Virus record (IMG/VR): IMGVR_UViG_3300043331_000441
Span: 66,557 to 130,556 of that record
Source: a virus
Length of the DNA stretch: 64,000 nucleotides
Strand: one strand, 5' to 3'
Under the pieces are notes generated by a model. It saw nothing but the letters and a program-made list of their open reading frames with translations, ran no database searches and was not told the origin of the DNA. Of the stretch, positions 61,388-64,000 are shown piece by piece (position 1 is the stretch's first letter; the number at the start of each line of letters is the position of its first letter). A program made the translations under genes and the position numbers.

Positions 61388-61597
61388 CTAAGTGTTTGCG
61401 GCTGCTTCGACGTCGGACTTGATGATCTTGCCGCCCTTGCCGGTGCCGGTTAGAGAAGCAAGGTCAACACCCAGTTCTGCCGCCGCATCGACGGCTCCCT
61501 GGGTGGCGTCTGGCTGCGCGGGTGTCATGTCGCCGATCCGGCGTGACCAGCTGCCGTCGTCGTTTTGCTGCCAACGCGCCTCATCCTTGACCATCAC
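61388..61597 (-). CDS. stand-alone E3/E1-binding (peripheral subunit-binding) domain protein
   Basis: ATQGAVDAAAELGVDLASLTGTGKGGKIIKSDV matches the PSBD consensus A...A.E.GVDL..V.GTG..GRI.K.DV. Confidence 0.8.
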   Translation of the reverse strand: MMVKDEARWQQNDDGSWSRRIGDMTPAQPDATQGAVDAAAELGVDLASLTGTGKGGKIIKSDVEAAANT

Positions 61598-61648
61598 AGC
61601 TCCTTTCCTTGCGTACGGGTTGTATCAAGGGCAAGGGACGTTTACCCA

Positions 61649-62521
61649 TTAGCGCCTGGTAAGGAACTGGGCCAAGATCATCATCCCGACGAAGGTCACC
61701 GCAGCTCCGCTCAGCCCACCCGAAAGCCATTTCGGGCCGATCTTCGTGATCGAGATGATCAGCGACGCAAGCGAGAACATGACTGCGGCGAGTGAGATGT
61801 AGAGAACCGCGTAGCGCCCTTTGAGTTGGTCGTTTTGGATGTGTTTGTTGTAGCCGAGATACGTTGTCATCTTGTTGGGGCCGACGGCTTCGTAGGGCAC
61901 GCCGTAGTCTTCGGCTAGCTGCCGCGCCACTCGTTCGAGCCGTTTGGGGACGATCAGCTTTTGTGGGTAGGCGTACTGGCCACGGCAGCCGCTGTGCGCG
62001 ACGGTGACGGTGCCCCATAGCGCGACTTGCGCGAGGATGGTGTTGCTGCGGAAGTATGGGTTGCATCCCTGTGGTGTGCTGACGGCGTAGATACCGCAGG
62101 TGCAGTAGTTCGTCGCGATCGGTCTGCCTTCGATCCATTCCGTCCCTTCGTCGACGTAGCGCCAGTAGTGACCCGCTGGCGGTAGCTCGTCGGGCGGTTG
62201 TGCGTAGACACCGGGCGGCGAGTAGCAAATGCCCATCTCTTGTTCCCAGTCGATGATCTCCACGGGCGCGGTTGAATTGGCCGTGTCGAGGCCGGGAACG
62301 TAGTAGTACGCATATGGCGGCGGGTCGCCTTTTTCTAGCTGCCAGCTGTATTTCACGTCCTGTTGCGGCTGGTGTATTGGGCTAATACAGGCTGCTTCGA
62401 GCTTTGCCGCTTTGGGCCACACGGTGTTCTGTTGTGGGGAGCAAAGAAACCCGTTGACGATCGCGAGTGCCTTCCAGCCGATGTACGGCTCGATCGAGTC
62501 AGGCACGATGATCTTGCTCAT
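61649..62521 (-). CDS. Cys/His-motif hypothetical protein with two C-terminal TM helices, paralog 2
   Basis: IVPDSI.P..GWKAL...L.SPQQ...W...A.C; C.CGIYAV; V.LWG...G.RGQYAYP; ATGA-coupled start 62521. Confidence 0.72.
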   Translation of the reverse strand: MSKIIVPDSIEPYIGWKALAIVNGFLCSPQQNTVWPKAAKLEAACISPIHQPQQDVKYSWQLEKGDPPPYAYYYVPGLDTANSTAPVEIIDWEQEMGICYSPPGVYAQPPDELPPAGHYWRYVDEGTEWIEGRPIATNYCTCGIYAVSTPQGCNPYFRSNTILAQVALWGTVTVAHSGCRGQYAYPQKLIVPKRLERVARQLAEDYGVPYEAVGPNKMTTYLGYNKHIQNDQLKGRYAVLYISLAAVMFSLASLIISITKIGPKWLSGGLSGAAVTFVGMMILAQFLTRR

Positions 62522-63078
62522 CGTCCCTCCACCCAGAAGGTGACGATCTCGATCTCGGCTCCGTAGTTTTCCGCAACGGGGCGTGCGAGTTCCTCCTGTT
62601 GTCTGGCGGCAACAATCTTTTGCGGGTAGGCGTACTGCCCGCGGGCGCCCTGCGAGGCGATCACGGTCTGTCCCCAGAGCGCGATTTCGCAGAGCACCCG
62701 ATTTTCGCCTTGCAGGTAGTAGCTGCACTGTTGTGGTGTTTCGACGACGTAGATGCCGCAGCTGCAGGGCTGCATGTTGTGCGGCAGCCGCTTTGGCCTC
62801 CAGGTTTTGCCTGTCGGGGCTGGGCTTGCTGGCCAGGAGAAGGTTGTGGTGCCGCCTTCACGTAGGAAGCTGGCGGGGATCCAAAACTCTTCTTCGTCCC
62901 ATTCCGCTGGTGTGTCGTGCAGCTCCCATTCGTATTCGAGCTGAGCTTTGCTGCAGGCTGCTTCGAGCGGCTGCCGTAGCGGCCAGCGCGTCGCTTGTTG
63001 TGGGGAGTAAAGCCAGCCGTTACGAATCACGAGTGCTTTCCAGCCGGTGACCGGCTGGATCGAGTCGGGGACGATCAT
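62518..63078 (-). CDS. Cys/His-motif hypothetical protein, paralog 1 (soluble)
   Basis: Same motifs as 61649..62521. Confidence 0.75.
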   Translation of the reverse strand: MIVPDSIQPVTGWKALVIRNGWLYSPQQATRWPLRQPLEAACSKAQLEYEWELHDTPAEWDEEEFWIPASFLREGGTTTFSWPASPAPTGKTWRPKRLPHNMQPCSCGIYVVETPQQCSYYLQGENRVLCEIALWGQTVIASQGARGQYAYPQKIVAARQQEELARPVAENYGAEIEIVTFWVEGR

Positions 63079-63224
63079 GCAGGCACCGGCTCCTCAACTG
63101 GCGTTTCGACCGGCGGTGTTTCGGCTGGTTCGGGGTTAGGCTCGCTTGGTGCGGGGGCCGGGTTGGGCACTGGTTCGGTGACCGGCTCGATCGTGATCGT
63201 TTCCTTCTCTGTTCCGATTTCCAT
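63075..63224 (-). CDS. 49-aa Pro/Glu-rich peptide
   Basis: MEIGTEKETITIEPVTEPVPNPAPAP...EPVPA; AAGGAG SD; ATGA-coupled to the next gene. Confidence 0.65.
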   Translation of the reverse strand: MEIGTEKETITIEPVTEPVPNPAPAPSEPNPEPAETPPVETPVEEPVPA

Positions 63225-63867
63225 CGTTGTTCTCCTTTGCGAGTGCGCTGCGCAGGGCTGCGATTGCCCGTTCGCGTCGCTCCTGCGCGTTGCGTGGTTT
63301 CGGTGGCTGTTTGCGTTGCTTTGCTGCGGCAGGTAGCCCGTGACTCTTGTGCCCGACCCAGGGACGGGGGTACCCCGCCGCTTCGATCGCGTCAGCCCAT
63401 TTCAGAAACGGGGAGTTTCGTTTGGAGCTGCTTTGGTAGACGTTTGATCTAGCCGGAAAAACATAGCCGTCGGGATCATGGACGTTGCTGATCCATTCAG
63501 TTGACAGCGGTGGGTGTCCGCGACGGCGTTCCCATTCTTGGATTGCTTCGATCACCTTCTTTCGCGTCCAGTATCTGCGTGCTTTGGTTTGTTCGCGTGC
63601 GCAGTTGATGCAGATCCGTGAGGGCAGCGCTCTGCCGCCGGTTTTGCGGCAGCAGCGGGTGACGCCTCCGCAGATTTCGCAGACGCCGCGAATGCTGCGC
63701 TTGTAGGCGAGTGCCTTGAGGCGGTTGCGCTCGTAGTACTCGGGGTCGGTCCAACGCAAGATGGTGTTTGAGGAAACGCCTAGCGCGCGCGCGATCTGGA
63801 TCGGGCGGAGGCCGAGCGCGTGCAGTTGGAGTGCTTCTTCGCGCAGCTCTTGCGGGTATGGCTTCAC
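63136..63867 (-). CDS. HTH plus zinc finger plus homing-endonuclease-associated repeat protein
   Basis: N-terminal HTH (IARALGVSSNTILRW), CEIC...CINC, WTRKKVIEAIQ.W....G.PP...W..A.EAAG. Confidence 0.7.
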   Translation of the reverse strand: MKPYPQELREEALQLHALGLRPIQIARALGVSSNTILRWTDPEYYERNRLKALAYKRSIRGVCEICGGVTRCCRKTGGRALPSRICINCAREQTKARRYWTRKKVIEAIQEWERRRGHPPLSTEWISNVHDPDGYVFPARSNVYQSSSKRNSPFLKWADAIEAAGYPRPWVGHKSHGLPAAAKQRKQPPKPRNAQERRERAIAALRSALAKENNDGNRNREGNDHDRAGHRTSAQPGPRTKRA

Positions 63868-64000
63868 CGTTGTTTGCCTTTTTTGGGCCTGGCACGCAGT
63901 GTGTGTTCGCGCTCGGCTTCGGAGCGGGCGAGTTGCGCAAACAGGCTTTGTTCGTAGACGCTGTCGCCCCAGGCTGAGCGTAGGTAGTCCTCGATCGCCA
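63864..64000 (-). CDS. partial ORF entering from the window edge
   Basis: Open frame ...DYLRSAWGDSVYEQ...KKGKQR, GTGA-coupled to the HTH gene. Confidence 0.45.
   Translation of the reverse strand, partial: AIEDYLRSAWGDSVYEQSLFAQLARSEAEREHTLRARPKKGKQR

Overview
A 64-kb segment of a GC-rich tailed-phage (siphovirus-like) genome. An actinobacterial host is inferred, possibly Thermoleophilia/Gaiellales-like, from an Lsr2-like gene and host-style secreted proteins. Almost all genes lie on the minus strand. In transcription order (64000 to 1): small accessory genes, terS and terL; an ~8-kb glycosylation block (four GT-A glycosyltransferases, a PAPS-reductase-family protein, a papain-like peptidase, two methyltransferases, and a UDP-glucose dehydrogenase whose C-terminal segment appears to be encoded 3 kb upstream, fused to a glycosyltransferase); an Lsr2-like gene; an array of seven Y-RNA/tRNA-mimic units directly upstream of a Ro60 (TROVE-vWA) gene; portal and maturation protease; a small plus-strand HNH island; mycobacteriophage cluster-B-like major and second capsid proteins; major tail protein; ~14 kb of fibre/decoration genes (1922-aa collagen/FG-GAP fibre, repeated ~100-aa module, secreted beta-helix protein, glycoside-hydrolase-like protein); GT4 and a methyltransferase; head-tail genes, frameshifted tail chaperones, tape measure and tail tip; more fibre genes; lysis genes. 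The standout is the Ro60 plus seven-unit RNA array. The units share a covarying terminal stem but carry different internal cargo: circularly permuted tRNA, canonical-order tRNA, or none. No integrase, replication genes, rRNA or CRISPR array were seen. All protein family calls come from motif recognition by eye, not from database searches.
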